Under the pieces are notes generated by a model. That model did not search any database, was not told where the DNA came from, and worked only from the letters and a program-made list of their open reading frames with translations. From positions 391 to 64,390 of the forward strand of contig CAJWNQ010000007.1 of the NCBI GenBank assembly GCA_913043905.1: DNA of 64,000 bases, given 5' to 3'. Position 1 is the first letter of the stretch. Every line of letters begins with the position of its first letter. Below, in pieces: positions 9,330 through 19,697 of the stretch. The position numbers and the translations under genes were made by a program. This DNA is from an uncultured Rhodobacteraceae bacterium (GTDB lineage: Bacteria > Pseudomonadota > Alphaproteobacteria > Rhodobacterales > Rhodobacteraceae).

Positions 9330-9872
9330 ATGGAAGCTTCACAAAGCTTACTTGAACTAGTTACAGCAGCACAAAGCAATGCAAAGGCATCTGAAAATCG
9401 CATTATAAATATTTTAAACCTTATGCGTGAACAAAAACTTTCAGACGCACAAGTTGAAGAACTCCACAAAGCAACTCTTGCTCTTGAATTAATTGCTGTG
9501 GACACTTTTTCTCTTTTTGAGGCGCGAATGCAGCACCATTTTAGGCGAGGCCCATTTTCACGGAAACTAAAATCTCTACTGCTTGAGTCCAAAAAAACAA
9601 ACTTAGCAAATAGGGTTCATCAATATTATCTGGCAATCAACGTTCTCAAGCATGGAAAAGGCACAAGTTATCGGGAATTATCAAATGACCCAAGTTCTCT
9701 TTTTCTTGTAAAATCAGCCGAAAATATCAACCACCATGATGATAATGCTACATCTGGTCTTATTGATGTCACTATTCCTGATTTTTTTAATGGACTGGCT
9801 ACCACCATTCTAGAGGCTTATCATTTTCTTGAAAAAAATAAAAAATCCATGCTTAAGCCCATTTCGAAATAG
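9330..9872 (+). CDS. Hypothetical all-helical protein (no family recognised)
   Basis: 180-aa ORF preceded by AAGGAG. It ends 9 nt before the next gene, so it is likely co-transcribed. Confidence 0.6.
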   Translation: MEASQSLLELVTAAQSNAKASENRIINILNLMREQKLSDAQVEELHKATLALELIAVDTFSLFEARMQHHFRRGPFSRKLKSLLLESKKTNLANRVHQYYLAINVLKHGKGTSYRELSNDPSSLFLVKSAENINHHDDNATSGLIDVTIPDFFNGLATTILEAYHFLEKNKKSMLKPISK

Positions 9873-9880
9873 GGAATACT

Positions 9881-10879
9881 ATGAATAAAACTGTACTCTT
9901 GACTGGAATTTCTGGCTATATTGGGCTGCATTGTGCACAACAGCTTCTTAATGCAGGTTATACTGTACGTGGATCAGTACGCAGTAAAATAAAAGAAAAA
10001 GAGGTTTTAGAAACCCTTAAAGCCGCTTCAGTTAATACAAAAGAACTATCTATTATCGAACTAGATCTAACATCAGATATTGGATGGGATAATGCCGCTG
10101 AGAATTGTGATTATATTATGCATGTTGCGTCACCTTTTGAGCTTGCAAACCCAAAAAAGGAAGATGAAATGATTATACCAGCAGTTGAAGGTACATTGCG
10201 TGTATTTCAAGCAGCAAAAAATATGGGCGTAAATCGTGTCGTTCTTACTAGTTCAATTGTGGCCATGATTGGAAGTATGAAAAATGGTACATTTGGCCCA
10301 AAAGACTGGACAGATATAACAGCTAAAAACATAAATACTTATACGAAAAGTAAAACTTTAGCAGAAAAAACAGCATGGAATTTTGCTAAATTAAATAACA
10401 TTGAACTTGTTGTTATAAATCCTGGTGGAGTATTTGGTCCACCACTTGGTAAGAACCTTAGCGGGCAATCAATGTCGAGCCTTGATCAAATGTTGCGTGG
10501 TAAACTCCCGATGGTTCCTAAAATAGCATTTCCGATGGTAGACGTTCGAGATGTTGCTAGCCTCCACGTTCAAGCTTTATCAAACTCAAATGCTACTGGA
10601 AAAAGAATAGTAGCCTCTACAGGTCAACCAAACGGATTTGATACTGCAGCTAAAATTCTCATAGATGCCGGCTATAAAGGACCAAGCACACGAATAGCAC
10701 CAGATTTCATCTTTTACTTAATGGCTATATTCAACCGCGAAGCTAAAGGAATGCTTGGACTATTAAAGACAAACCTCAGTGCAGATAATTCAGAAACACA
10801 TACTCTTTTTAACTGGACGCCAATCCCATTTAAGAAGTCAGTTTTGGACACGGCTAAAGCTGTCAAAGCTCTTCAGTAA
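9881..10879 (+). CDS. NAD(P)-dependent extended SDR (dihydroflavonol/cinnamoyl-CoA reductase-like aldehyde reductase)
   Basis: N-terminal Rossmann motif TGISGYIGLH and catalytic YTKSK (YxxxK). Confidence 0.85.
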   Translation: MNKTVLLTGISGYIGLHCAQQLLNAGYTVRGSVRSKIKEKEVLETLKAASVNTKELSIIELDLTSDIGWDNAAENCDYIMHVASPFELANPKKEDEMIIPAVEGTLRVFQAAKNMGVNRVVLTSSIVAMIGSMKNGTFGPKDWTDITAKNINTYTKSKTLAEKTAWNFAKLNNIELVVINPGGVFGPPLGKNLSGQSMSSLDQMLRGKLPMVPKIAFPMVDVRDVASLHVQALSNSNATGKRIVASTGQPNGFDTAAKILIDAGYKGPSTRIAPDFIFYLMAIFNREAKGMLGLLKTNLSADNSETHTLFNWTPIPFKKSVLDTAKAVKALQ

Positions 10880-11027
10880 GGTCTAACTATTTCTTCAAAA
10901 AAGAGCCATTTGTAGTTGACCAATCATTTAAGAACCCAAGAAATTAGGTTGTTAGTTTGTAAAGATACATCTGGAAAAAAACTTAGATATAGCGTAATTT
11001 TATTTATAATCATTGTGGATTTCTAGT

Positions 11028-11666
11028 ATGAGTGTGATTCTGTGTTATGGAGATAGTAATACTCACGGGTCTAAGCCCGCAAAAGAAAACCAACCATTCG
11101 CTCGCTATGCAAGGGGCGTTTCCTGGCCCGATAAAATGGGTGCAGTATTAGGGACCAACCATCTAGTCATATCAGAGGGCTTGCCCGGACGTACAACAGT
11201 CCACGACGACCAAATTTCTGGAGGAATGCGTTCAGGCATAAAACTATTGTCAGCAATACTACACACCCATGACCCTCTTGATCTCTTAGTTCTTATGTTG
11301 GGAACAAATGATCTAAAATCTCAATTTTTATCATCATCTTTTGAAATTGCTCAATCAGTTGATAGAATAATAAAAGAAACCAAATGGCATGCTCCTGGAC
11401 TTGATATAATAATTATTTCTCCAGCGTCAGTTTTACCAAGTGGCGTAATGGCTGATCTATTTTCAGGAGCGGAAATACGTCAAAAAGATTTATCCACTCA
11501 TTTGCAGCATATTGCCCTAATACGAGGAACTGGATTTATAGATGCTGATAATTACGTAAAGGTTTCTCCAATTGATGGCGTGCACTGGGACGAAGCTGCT
11601 CACAACACTTTTGGTACGGCTGCAGCCCAAGCTGTTTTAGAACGCCTAAATAAAATTAAGACTTAA
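11028..11666 (+). CDS. SGNH/GDSL-family hydrolase (arylesterase/lipase-like)
   Basis: Block I CYGDSNTHG, block III LGTNDL, block V DGVHW. I prefer the ATG at 11028 over the TTG at 11013. Confidence 0.85.
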   Translation: MSVILCYGDSNTHGSKPAKENQPFARYARGVSWPDKMGAVLGTNHLVISEGLPGRTTVHDDQISGGMRSGIKLLSAILHTHDPLDLLVLMLGTNDLKSQFLSSSFEIAQSVDRIIKETKWHAPGLDIIIISPASVLPSGVMADLFSGAEIRQKDLSTHLQHIALIRGTGFIDADNYVKVSPIDGVHWDEAAHNTFGTAAAQAVLERLNKIKT

Positions 11667-11762
11667 TCCCATCAGGAATGCCTAAATTGGCTAAAGCCAA
11701 GCAACACTTATTCCTATTTATTACAAAAACTTGATATTAAAGAAACAAATGATATTTTTTAA

Positions 11763-13796
11763 TCAATTTTTTGACTGCTTAAACTGCAAAAATAGAATTG
11801 GTAGCATGAGCACAATTCCAATAACCATCGTTATTAACCCTGGTGCAATAAAAAAGAATGATACAAGTGCCACCCACCATCGTTCCCATTTTTTCAAGGG
11901 AGATTTGAAATATCCTGAAAAAGCAACGCCAAGTGATGCTATACCCAACATTGCACCAACCAAAGTCACTGTAAACAACCACCATGTAAAGCCATCTGCA
12001 ACCAATAATAACGCTGGTGAATAAACAAAGACAAACGGCACCAGTGCTTTAGCTATACCAAGACGGAATGCAGTGTTTCCTGTCTTAAATGGATTAGAAC
12101 CCGCAATTCCTGCTGCAGCATATGCTGCTAAAGCTACTGGCGGCGTAATATCTGCTAGAACACCGTAATAGAAAACAAAGAAATGTGCTACGATTGGTTC
12201 AACATTCAGTACCGCGAGTGCAGGCGCTGCTACTGCTACCAAAATGATATAAGTCGCTGTTGTAGGAATTCCTGCTCCCATAATTATACAAGAAATTGCT
12301 ATTAAAATAAGAGATGTAAACAATGCCCATTGTCCTACAGTGAAATAACCGAGCAAGGGCAGAGAACTTAGAAACGTGCCAATATCAGTTGCTGTTTGCA
12401 CAACAACATACCCCAGTCGGAAGCCAACACCTGTTAGGGTGACAACACCTACAACCACTCCTACGGTCGCTGCTGCAGCACCGACCGCTAAAGTATTTTT
12501 TGCACCAGCAGCTAGGCTATCCCATAAATCTTTAAAAGATAGTCGGTGCGTAGGATTTAAAAACCCAACAACAACACAGGCAATTATTCCATAAACTGCT
12601 GCATAATCTGGAGTTTTACCAGATAGGATCATGTAGACTAAAATTATCAAGGGTATGAGGCTAAGCCAATGATCTTTTAAGACTACGCCAAGTTTAGGCA
12701 GCTCTTCTGAGCGCAAACCTCGAAGTCCCAACTTCTTGGCTTCAAGGTGAACCATAATGAAAATACCAAAATAGTGAAGCAAAGCTGGGAAGAGCGCTGC
12801 AGCCAACACATCACGCAATGGAATTTCTAGGTATTCTACCATTATAAAAGCAGCAGCACCCAAAATTGGTGGGGTAATTTGACCACCTGTTGAAGATGTA
12901 GCCTCAACTGCGCCTGCAAAATGTGCAGGATAGCCTACACGTTTCATTGCAGGAATAGTAAGTGCCCCCGTGGTCACAGTATTTGCAATAGACGAACCTG
13001 AAATTGTTCCCATAAATGCACTCGAAAAAATAGCCACCTTAGCTGGGCCACCAGAATACCGGCCAGCAATAACCATTGCCATATCAATAAAGAGTTGCCC
13101 TAATCCAATACGAGTAGCCAACACACCAAATAGAATGAAAAGAAAAACATATTGCGCCATCACACCAATCGCGATGCCATAGATGCCTTGGTTTGTCATA
13201 TACAAGTGGTTAATAATACCAAGCCATGATGATCCACCATGTTTTAACGCTCCAGGCATCCAAGGTCCAAAATATGCAAACCCAATAAAGATTAAGCCAA
13301 TGATGGGCAATGTAGGGCCAACGCTACGCCTAGCAGCTTCAAGTGTAAGTAAAAGTAGTGCCGATCCCATGAAAATATCTGATTGTGAAGGGTTTCCTAC
13401 TCGCTGCGCCAAAGCTGATGCGGGCAGTAGCGGCAAATACATTGCTGCACCAACTGCCAAAATTGCAAAAATAATATCAATTAAGGGCACACCATCAAAT
13501 CGATACCATGCTTTAGGGAGCAGAGTATCACTTGTCTTGCGTGCACTAAACAATAAAAATACTAACCCAAGGACAAATGATAAGTGAATACCACGGTGTA
13601 CCAGTTCTCGTACAAGGCCAAAACCAGAAGCATAGAAGTGATAGACAGACATTGAGACCAAAATAGCACCAATCAAATATCCAAATAACTTACCAGTTTG
13701 GCGAAATGCTGTTTCAGGATCAAATTTACGCTCAATTTCAGCTAGCTGTTCAGGTGTAAGCTCAGGTGTAGTGTCTGCCGGCATAATGGGTTCCAT
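11763..13796 (-). CDS. TAXI-type TRAP transporter fused permease (DctQ/DctM-like 4TM/12TM fusion)
   Basis: 677-aa polytopic protein immediately downstream of a TAXI solute receptor. Size and architecture are typical. Confidence 0.85.
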   Translation of the reverse strand: MEPIMPADTTPELTPEQLAEIERKFDPETAFRQTGKLFGYLIGAILVSMSVYHFYASGFGLVRELVHRGIHLSFVLGLVFLLFSARKTSDTLLPKAWYRFDGVPLIDIIFAILAVGAAMYLPLLPASALAQRVGNPSQSDIFMGSALLLLTLEAARRSVGPTLPIIGLIFIGFAYFGPWMPGALKHGGSSWLGIINHLYMTNQGIYGIAIGVMAQYVFLFILFGVLATRIGLGQLFIDMAMVIAGRYSGGPAKVAIFSSAFMGTISGSSIANTVTTGALTIPAMKRVGYPAHFAGAVEATSSTGGQITPPILGAAAFIMVEYLEIPLRDVLAAALFPALLHYFGIFIMVHLEAKKLGLRGLRSEELPKLGVVLKDHWLSLIPLIILVYMILSGKTPDYAAVYGIIACVVVGFLNPTHRLSFKDLWDSLAAGAKNTLAVGAAAATVGVVVGVVTLTGVGFRLGYVVVQTATDIGTFLSSLPLLGYFTVGQWALFTSLILIAISCIIMGAGIPTTATYIILVAVAAPALAVLNVEPIVAHFFVFYYGVLADITPPVALAAYAAAGIAGSNPFKTGNTAFRLGIAKALVPFVFVYSPALLLVADGFTWWLFTVTLVGAMLGIASLGVAFSGYFKSPLKKWERWWVALVSFFFIAPGLITMVIGIVLMLPILFLQFKQSKN

Positions 13797-13814
13797 ATCA
13801 GAATAAATGAAAAC

Positions 13815-13842
13815 AGCCTCAGGCGTACAGACGCCTGAGGCT
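13815..13842 (-). terminator. Intercistronic perfect 12-bp hairpin between the TAXI receptor and permease genes (partial terminator / mRNA stabiliser)
   Basis: AGCCTCAGGCGT-ACAG-ACGCCTGAGGCT. On the minus strand it is followed by GTTTTCATTTATT. Confidence 0.6.
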
Positions 13843-13862
13843 TATATAATTGTTTGAATGAT

Positions 13863-14867
13863 TTATTTAATCAAACCAGCTTCACGGTAAAAACGCTCAG
13901 CACCAGCGTGCAATGGCACACCTACACCAGCTAAAGCAGTGTCTGGCGTGATAGTTTTACCTTTGGCATGGCCAACATCAAGTAGCTTGCGAGACTCTTT
14001 GTTCCACAATGCTTTTGTAATGTTGTAAATTAACTCATCATCTTGACTTGCAGAAGTGAACCACTGCGCTCCAACAGATACTGTTGTTGTAGCTGCAACA
14101 CCTTCATAGGTACCTTCTGGAATATCAGAAGATGCAAAGAAGCCGTATTTTTCAGTTAAAGCATTTGCTCCTGCTCCATCGATTGGTACTAATTTGATAT
14201 CAGCAGCAGATGCCAATTCAACTAATGATCCAGTCGGGTAGCCAGCAACAACAAAGAACGCATCAATCTTACCATTTCGCAATGCTTCAGCTGCCGCACC
14301 ACCCTTTAGGGCTTCTGCAGTAACATCTTCAGCAGACAAGCCATTGGCGTCTAAAATAAGGTTAGCATCAACATATGTACCTGAACCAGGCTCATCCAAA
14401 GATACGCGCTTGCCAGCCAAATCAGCAACTGAATTTATACCACTATCAGCTAAAGCTACGAGGTGAATATGCTCTTCAAATAATGCTGCTATTGTACGAA
14501 GGTCTGTGGCAGGCTTACTGCCTTCCATTGTTCCCGTACCAGTGTAAGCCCAATAAGCAACGTCAGACTGTGCGAAACCAGAGCTACGTAAACCAGAAAT
14601 AATTGCATTTACATTATCTACAGATCCACGTGAAGATACAGCAGATGCTATTAAGCCATCTACACCACAAGATCCGCCTTTACCACATTCACGTGACCCG
14701 GGTGGTTTAGAAATTGCATTAGCAATTACACCACCAACTGGGTAATAAGTATAAGCTGTGCCCCCTGTACCTATTGTGAAGAAATTAAGCTCTTGAGCCG
14801 AAGCGTTTCCAACAAAGCCAAGTGCCAACACAGCACTTAAAGCAGCTGTTTTAAATAATTTAATCAT
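13863..14867 (-). CDS. TAXI-family TRAP transporter solute receptor
   Basis: Signal peptide, then FFTIGTGGTAYTYYPVGGVIANAI, the hallmark N-terminus of TAXI receptors. Confidence 0.9.
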   Translation of the reverse strand: MIKLFKTAALSAVLALGFVGNASAQELNFFTIGTGGTAYTYYPVGGVIANAISKPPGSRECGKGGSCGVDGLIASAVSSRGSVDNVNAIISGLRSSGFAQSDVAYWAYTGTGTMEGSKPATDLRTIAALFEEHIHLVALADSGINSVADLAGKRVSLDEPGSGTYVDANLILDANGLSAEDVTAEALKGGAAAEALRNGKIDAFFVVAGYPTGSLVELASAADIKLVPIDGAGANALTEKYGFFASSDIPEGTYEGVAATTTVSVGAQWFTSASQDDELIYNITKALWNKESRKLLDVGHAKGKTITPDTALAGVGVPLHAGAERFYREAGLIK

Positions 14868-15168
14868 TTTTTTTCCTTTTTTGGTTTTGTGTTCTCTTAA
14901 AAAATTAAATAGCTTAAAAGAGTAACAAGCTAATTTACATTTAAAATATAATTAACTCTGTATATTTTAATAGTGACTTTATGCAAAAAGTACAACTTCA
15001 TAAGATCCTATTTTATATCAATACGATATTACACAGTATAAAATAAAAAAGTTTATGGCCTTACCAAAGCAATATATCTGCTTAACAAACAACGAAGTGG
15101 CCGCTAAATATCAAAAATACTGATGTGATTTCTGCATAAAACGCATAAGGGCAATATTACTTATGAAG

Positions 15169-15876
15169 TCAACTTAACAGCGCGCCACCATCAACATCCA
15201 CTGTGGTTCCAGTTATGAATTCATTTCGTATTACAAACATAATACCTTCAGCTACTTCATCAGAAATTCCAACACGTGGGATTAAATTTTTCTGGGTCAT
15301 TTTTTTATAGAGAGCATCTCGCTCAGTGCCCTCTAACAAAACCATGGGTGTATCTATTACTCCAGGTGAAACAACATTTACACGTATGCGCGGAGATACC
15401 TCCCGCGCAGCAGCGCGTGCCATAGCTTCTATTGCACCACCAACTGAGGAAAGCGCTATTTGCCCAGGCCTAGGGTTTCTTGCTGGCGACCCTGATACAA
15501 GTGTTATAGATCCACCATCAGTCAAATGTTTCGCACCATAGCGAATAACATTCGCATAACCCCATAATTTATCAAAAGATCCCTTAAAACCATCCATATC
15601 CATTTCAAGAAATGGCCCAATTGCACGGCTGCCACCTGTTGCTGCGCTAACTAAGACATCAAAAGGTGCAAGCTTATTTAAAAGCTCCTCCATAGCGTTA
15701 ACATCACGAACGTCACAGCTTTCGAGTGTCACACCACTCGGCAACTCCTCCATTTTAGAAGTGTCCCTACTAACAGCAACAACAGACGCTCCAGCCTCAG
15801 CTAACATCTTAACAGTTGCCAGCCCAATACCTGACGTACCACCAAATACTATGGCTTTTTTTTCAGAGAGTTTCAT
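15169..15876 (-). CDS. Short-chain dehydrogenase/reductase (classical SDR)
   Basis: MKLSEKKAIVFGGTSGIGLA (TGxxxGxG). The ATG at 15876 is preferred over the upstream ORF-track start. Confidence 0.85.
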   Translation of the reverse strand: MKLSEKKAIVFGGTSGIGLATVKMLAEAGASVVAVSRDTSKMEELPSGVTLESCDVRDVNAMEELLNKLAPFDVLVSAATGGSRAIGPFLEMDMDGFKGSFDKLWGYANVIRYGAKHLTDGGSITLVSGSPARNPRPGQIALSSVGGAIEAMARAAAREVSPRIRVNVVSPGVIDTPMVLLEGTERDALYKKMTQKNLIPRVGISDEVAEGIMFVIRNEFITGTTVDVDGGALLS

Positions 15877-16123
15877 ATGACATTCCTTTTTTAGTATGTG
15901 GGATATATAGTTAGGCATATACTTTTTTAAGCTTACTAACATTCAAATAATTCAAAACCATAACTAAAGTCAAAGTTGTGATCGAGCATAAAAAATAATC
16001 ATATTTCAAATTAGGCAGATCGCATTGACAAGCCTACAAATACAGGGCCTCTATATAGGATGATTTCTACTTTATCAGGTATTACTTTCATTAAAATAAC
16101 TATTATAGCTTGGTGAATAATTA

Positions 16124-17335
16124 GTGTTAAATTTTCTAATCAATAATAGCAGATGGTTAACTGCTGGAGCCTTGCTGACACTTATGTCTAGCTTTGGCCA
16201 GACATTCTTTATTTCAATTTTTGCTGGTGAAATTCGAAGTACGTTTGATCTCTCCCACGGAGATTGGGGTGCAATTTATGGCTTTGGAACCTTTGCCTCA
16301 GCAATTGTTATGGTTTGGGCTGGTGGCCTCACGGATATAATGCGCGTGCGGCAGCTTGGACCAATTGTGTTAGTTGCACTATCTGCATCTTGCCTATTTA
16401 TGGCCTTTAATCCTTTGGTAGCCTTGTTGCCTGGCGTAATATTTTGTTTACGTCTTACAGGTCAAGGTATGTCGACTCATTTAGCAAACGTTGCAATGTC
16501 CCGTTGGTTTATCATCAATCGTGGCAAAGCCCTATCTGTAGCAAATCTTGGCTTCTCTTTAGGCGAATCAGTATTTCCAATTTTACTTGTTACGCTGCTA
16601 GCTTACTTTGCATGGCAAGGAATTTGGGTTATCGCAGCCTTAATTGCTTTAATCTCTATCCCTACTCTAATTTGGTTATTACGCCAAGAACGTAGCCCAC
16701 AATCAATGGCAGGCGACAACCATTCTAAAGGAATGCTTGGACGCCATTGGACTCGAAAACAGACTTTAACTCATCCCTTATTTTGGTTTATGTTGCCTGC
16801 ACTTTTAGGGCAGTCAGCATTTAATACCGTATTCTTTTTTCTTCAGGTTCATTTTGCAGAAATTAAGGGTTGGGATCACATTCAATTAGTTGCAATGTTT
16901 CCAATTTATACCATGGTTGCAATCGGAGCGATGATTTTATCTGGTATTTTATTAGATAGACTTGGAACGGCTAGGTTAATTCCTTATTTTCAATTGCCGA
17001 TGATATTAGCTTTCTTATTATTTGCATTTGGGGAGAGTTTGATGACTACACTTTTAGGTTTTGTCTTTTTAGGAATTACATCAGGAGCAAACTCGACACT
17101 TACAAATGCTTTTTGGGCTGAATTTTTTGGAACCAAACACCTTGGCTCGATAAAAGCATCTGCAGCTGCAGCGATAGTTTTTGGATCAGCCATTGGTCCA
17201 GCAGCTACTGGAATTTTATTAGATTATAACGTTCCACTTGAAGTTCAATACGTTTGGATTTCCTCTTTTTTCGCTTTTTCATCATTGATGATGTGGGTTG
17301 GTATTTCTCGAAACCGTAAATTTCTAAACACCTAA
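16124..17335 (+). CDS. MFS transporter
   Basis: 403 aa, about 12 TM spans, LLDRLGTARL motif. The start is uncertain: GTG at 16124 or ATG at 16184. Confidence 0.8.
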   Translation: MLNFLINNSRWLTAGALLTLMSSFGQTFFISIFAGEIRSTFDLSHGDWGAIYGFGTFASAIVMVWAGGLTDIMRVRQLGPIVLVALSASCLFMAFNPLVALLPGVIFCLRLTGQGMSTHLANVAMSRWFIINRGKALSVANLGFSLGESVFPILLVTLLAYFAWQGIWVIAALIALISIPTLIWLLRQERSPQSMAGDNHSKGMLGRHWTRKQTLTHPLFWFMLPALLGQSAFNTVFFFLQVHFAEIKGWDHIQLVAMFPIYTMVAIGAMILSGILLDRLGTARLIPYFQLPMILAFLLFAFGESLMTTLLGFVFLGITSGANSTLTNAFWAEFFGTKHLGSIKASAAAAIVFGSAIGPAATGILLDYNVPLEVQYVWISSFFAFSSLMMWVGISRNRKFLNT

Positions 17336-17468
17336 TTAATAAAAAAACTGTAAAACTGAAAGACACGTGTTTTTAAACCAAAACATGTTTAATTAGATAA
17401 GCTATTAACAATTAATTTTTATATAGTTACTTTGATATTTTAAGATTAGAAGTTAGATTATAAGCGAA

Positions 17469-18158
17469 CTAAAGTAAGCACCATTTTTCGTAATCAGACA
17501 CTAATAAATGAATTGGGTCTGTATCTTCTTCAATTTCTGAAAATCTACCAATAGATTCAGCAAAAATATTATCAGCTATATCATCGTTTACAGTTGAGAC
17601 TTCGCCAATTAGTACATCCCCATTTTCACCCCAAAACTTATGCCAATTACCTGGTGAAAGAGTTACACTTTCCCCAGGTGCAAGTCTGAGAATATCTCCA
17701 GCTTTGGACGTTTTTGCTACACCATCACAAAATACCCGTACAGATGCTTTTTGATCAATCTCACCATTTGCATTACTTTCAAACATCTCTATGGCCAAGG
17801 TTGCACCACCTCGATTTATAATATCTTCAGTTTTAATTATATGCCGGTGTAATGGCGATACCTGATCTTGGCGCGAGATCATTATTTTTTCAGCATAACA
17901 CATGCCTTTACCACTTTTCAGATCAGACATTGAGCCATTTCGTAAAGTAAACAGGAACAATCCCATTTTATCAAAACGATCTTCACCATAATCAGTTATA
18001 TCCCAACCTAGGCGCGCATCAAAGATTGCTTGAAATTCAAGCTTTCTGGCAACAAGTTCATTGGGTTGGAAATAGGCAAAGGGTGGTAACCTAAATCCAT
18101 GGGACTTAATAAATTCGTCAGATTCTTGAATGATCTTATTGATAGTTGAACGTTTCAT
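17469..18158 (-). CDS. D-lyxose/D-mannose ketol-isomerase family cupin
   Basis: The N-terminus MKRSTINKIIQESDEFIKSHGFRLPPFAYF and the size (~229 aa) match the YdaE/D-lyxose isomerase family as I remember it. Cupin His residues are present (SPLHRH.., NWHKFW). Confidence 0.7.
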   Translation of the reverse strand: MKRSTINKIIQESDEFIKSHGFRLPPFAYFQPNELVARKLEFQAIFDARLGWDITDYGEDRFDKMGLFLFTLRNGSMSDLKSGKGMCYAEKIMISRQDQVSPLHRHIIKTEDIINRGGATLAIEMFESNANGEIDQKASVRVFCDGVAKTSKAGDILRLAPGESVTLSPGNWHKFWGENGDVLIGEVSTVNDDIADNIFAESIGRFSEIEEDTDPIHLLVSDYEKWCLL

Positions 18159-18233
18159 ATTATTTCATTACCATTGCATTCAACAATTTACATATAAAAT
18201 TATTTGGATGACAAACCAACCACCATATTTTTA

Positions 18234-19265
18234 TTAGCTTATTTCTGATGATTTAGCCCACAAATTGATATCCTGATCTGAAGTAATAGCATCAATATGT
18301 AAAAGCTCTTCATTACTAAACTCTAAATTATTTACAGCGCCAACACAGTCTTCAATTTGCTCAGGCTTTGAGGCTCCAATTAAAGCAGTTGTCACTCTGC
18401 CATTTCTTAACACCCATGAAAGAGCCATCTGAGCTAAAGATTGGCCTCTATTAGCAGCTATTTGGTTTAAATCATTAAGTGTTTGAATAAGCTGTGGCGT
18501 AATCTTATCTTGGGCTAAACTTTTACCTTGAGCTGCACGGCTTTCACTTGGAATTTTATTTAAGTATTTATTGGTAAGCATACCTTGTGCAAGCGGAGTG
18601 AAGGCTATTGATCCTAGCCCAAGATCGTCAAGCGTATTTAAAAGATTATCTTTTTCTACCCATCGATTAAACATATTATAGCTAGGTTGATGAATAAGGC
18701 ATGGTGTCCCCAACCTATTAAGGATCTCAACGGCCTCTTTCGTTCTTTTGCTATTATAACTTGAAATCCCCACATAGAGAGCTTTTCCTGACTTTACTAT
18801 ATGATCTAGCGCACCCATTGTTTCTTCTAAGGGGGTGTTAGGGTCAAAGCGATGAGAGTAAAAAATATCTACATAATCTAGTCCCATCCGCTTAAGAGAT
18901 TGATCGCAAGAGGCAATTAAATATTTTCGGCTGCCCCATTCACCATAGGGACCTGGCCACATATCATAACCAGCCTTTGAGCTAATAACTAATTCATCTC
19001 GCAAACCAGAGAAATCAGTTTTTAAAATTTCTCCAAATGCTTCTTCTGCACTGCCTGGTGGGGGACCATAGTTATTAGCTAAATCAAAATGAGTAATGCC
19101 GTTATCAAATGCTGTTTGGCAAATATCTCGTTTTATTTGATGTGGAAAATCATGGCCAAAATTATGCCATAATCCTAATGAAATTACTGGTAGTTTCAAA
19201 CCAGACTTTCCACAATTTCGGTAGACCATTTTCTCATATCGATTGGCGGCTGGAACGTAATTCAT
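18234..19265 (-). CDS. Aldo/keto reductase, YghZ/Gpr-like (L-glyceraldehyde-3-phosphate reductase family)
   Basis: The N-terminus ..RYEKMVYRNCGKSGLKLPVISLGLWHNFG closely parallels E. coli YghZ ..RYGQMQYRYCGKSGLRLPALSLGLWHNFG. Confidence 0.85.
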   Translation of the reverse strand: MNYVPAANRYEKMVYRNCGKSGLKLPVISLGLWHNFGHDFPHQIKRDICQTAFDNGITHFDLANNYGPPPGSAEEAFGEILKTDFSGLRDELVISSKAGYDMWPGPYGEWGSRKYLIASCDQSLKRMGLDYVDIFYSHRFDPNTPLEETMGALDHIVKSGKALYVGISSYNSKRTKEAVEILNRLGTPCLIHQPSYNMFNRWVEKDNLLNTLDDLGLGSIAFTPLAQGMLTNKYLNKIPSESRAAQGKSLAQDKITPQLIQTLNDLNQIAANRGQSLAQMALSWVLRNGRVTTALIGASKPEQIEDCVGAVNNLEFSNEELLHIDAITSDQDINLWAKSSEIS

Positions 19266-19538
19266 TAAATCTCATCTCAAATAATAATACATATTTTATA
19301 TTAGGGGCATATATAAATAAACTACAATGACTTTATGATTTATCATAATAAAATTATTGAGTTAAGATTTGTGGCATTATTTTACTATTTTGAAACTAAA
19401 AAATTAGCTGTAAATTATAGTAAATTTAAGGTTTATAGATAATATCAAATTGTTATTATCTAGATGTATACTTTTATCCGTTACCCTCTTATGAAAAGTA
19501 AGTTTACAGATTTATTACTATATTAGTTAGGATTAGAA

Positions 19539-19697
19539 ATGTCTAAATATTTTACTATCATTGCAATCATATTCTGTGCTTTTAGCACGCCAACAATAGC
19601 TAATGATGTTCAAAATACTCAACAGCTATTAACAGAGCTTGAATATAATCCAGGGCCGATAGATGGTAGCTATGGTGGTAAAACAAAGCGAGCGTAA
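19539..19697 (+). pseudogene. Truncated secreted protein with a peptidoglycan-binding-like (PG_binding_1-type) motif; probable relic
   Basis: Own translation: MSKYFTIIAIIFCAFSTPTIANDVQNTQQLLTELEYNPGPIDGSYGGKTKRA*. The stop falls inside the motif (NPGPxDGxxGxKTxxA..), and the reading frame collapses downstream. Confidence 0.4.

Noticed and set aside
11731-13587. Plus-strand ORFs (11731-12024, 12376-12594, 12970-13182, 13183-13587) opposite the TAXI-TRAP permease.
   Set aside because: They are embedded in a 677-aa membrane-protein gene with an excellent hydrophobic profile, and their translations are compositionally odd.
19436-19462. AT-only inverted repeats in intergenic DNA: TAGATAATA/TATTATCTA at 19436-19462, and TAATATTACC/GGTAATATTA at 40884-40912.
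   Set aside because: Short AT-only dyads are frequent in ~30% GC intergenic DNA. There is no adjacent U-tract and no clear promoter relationship.
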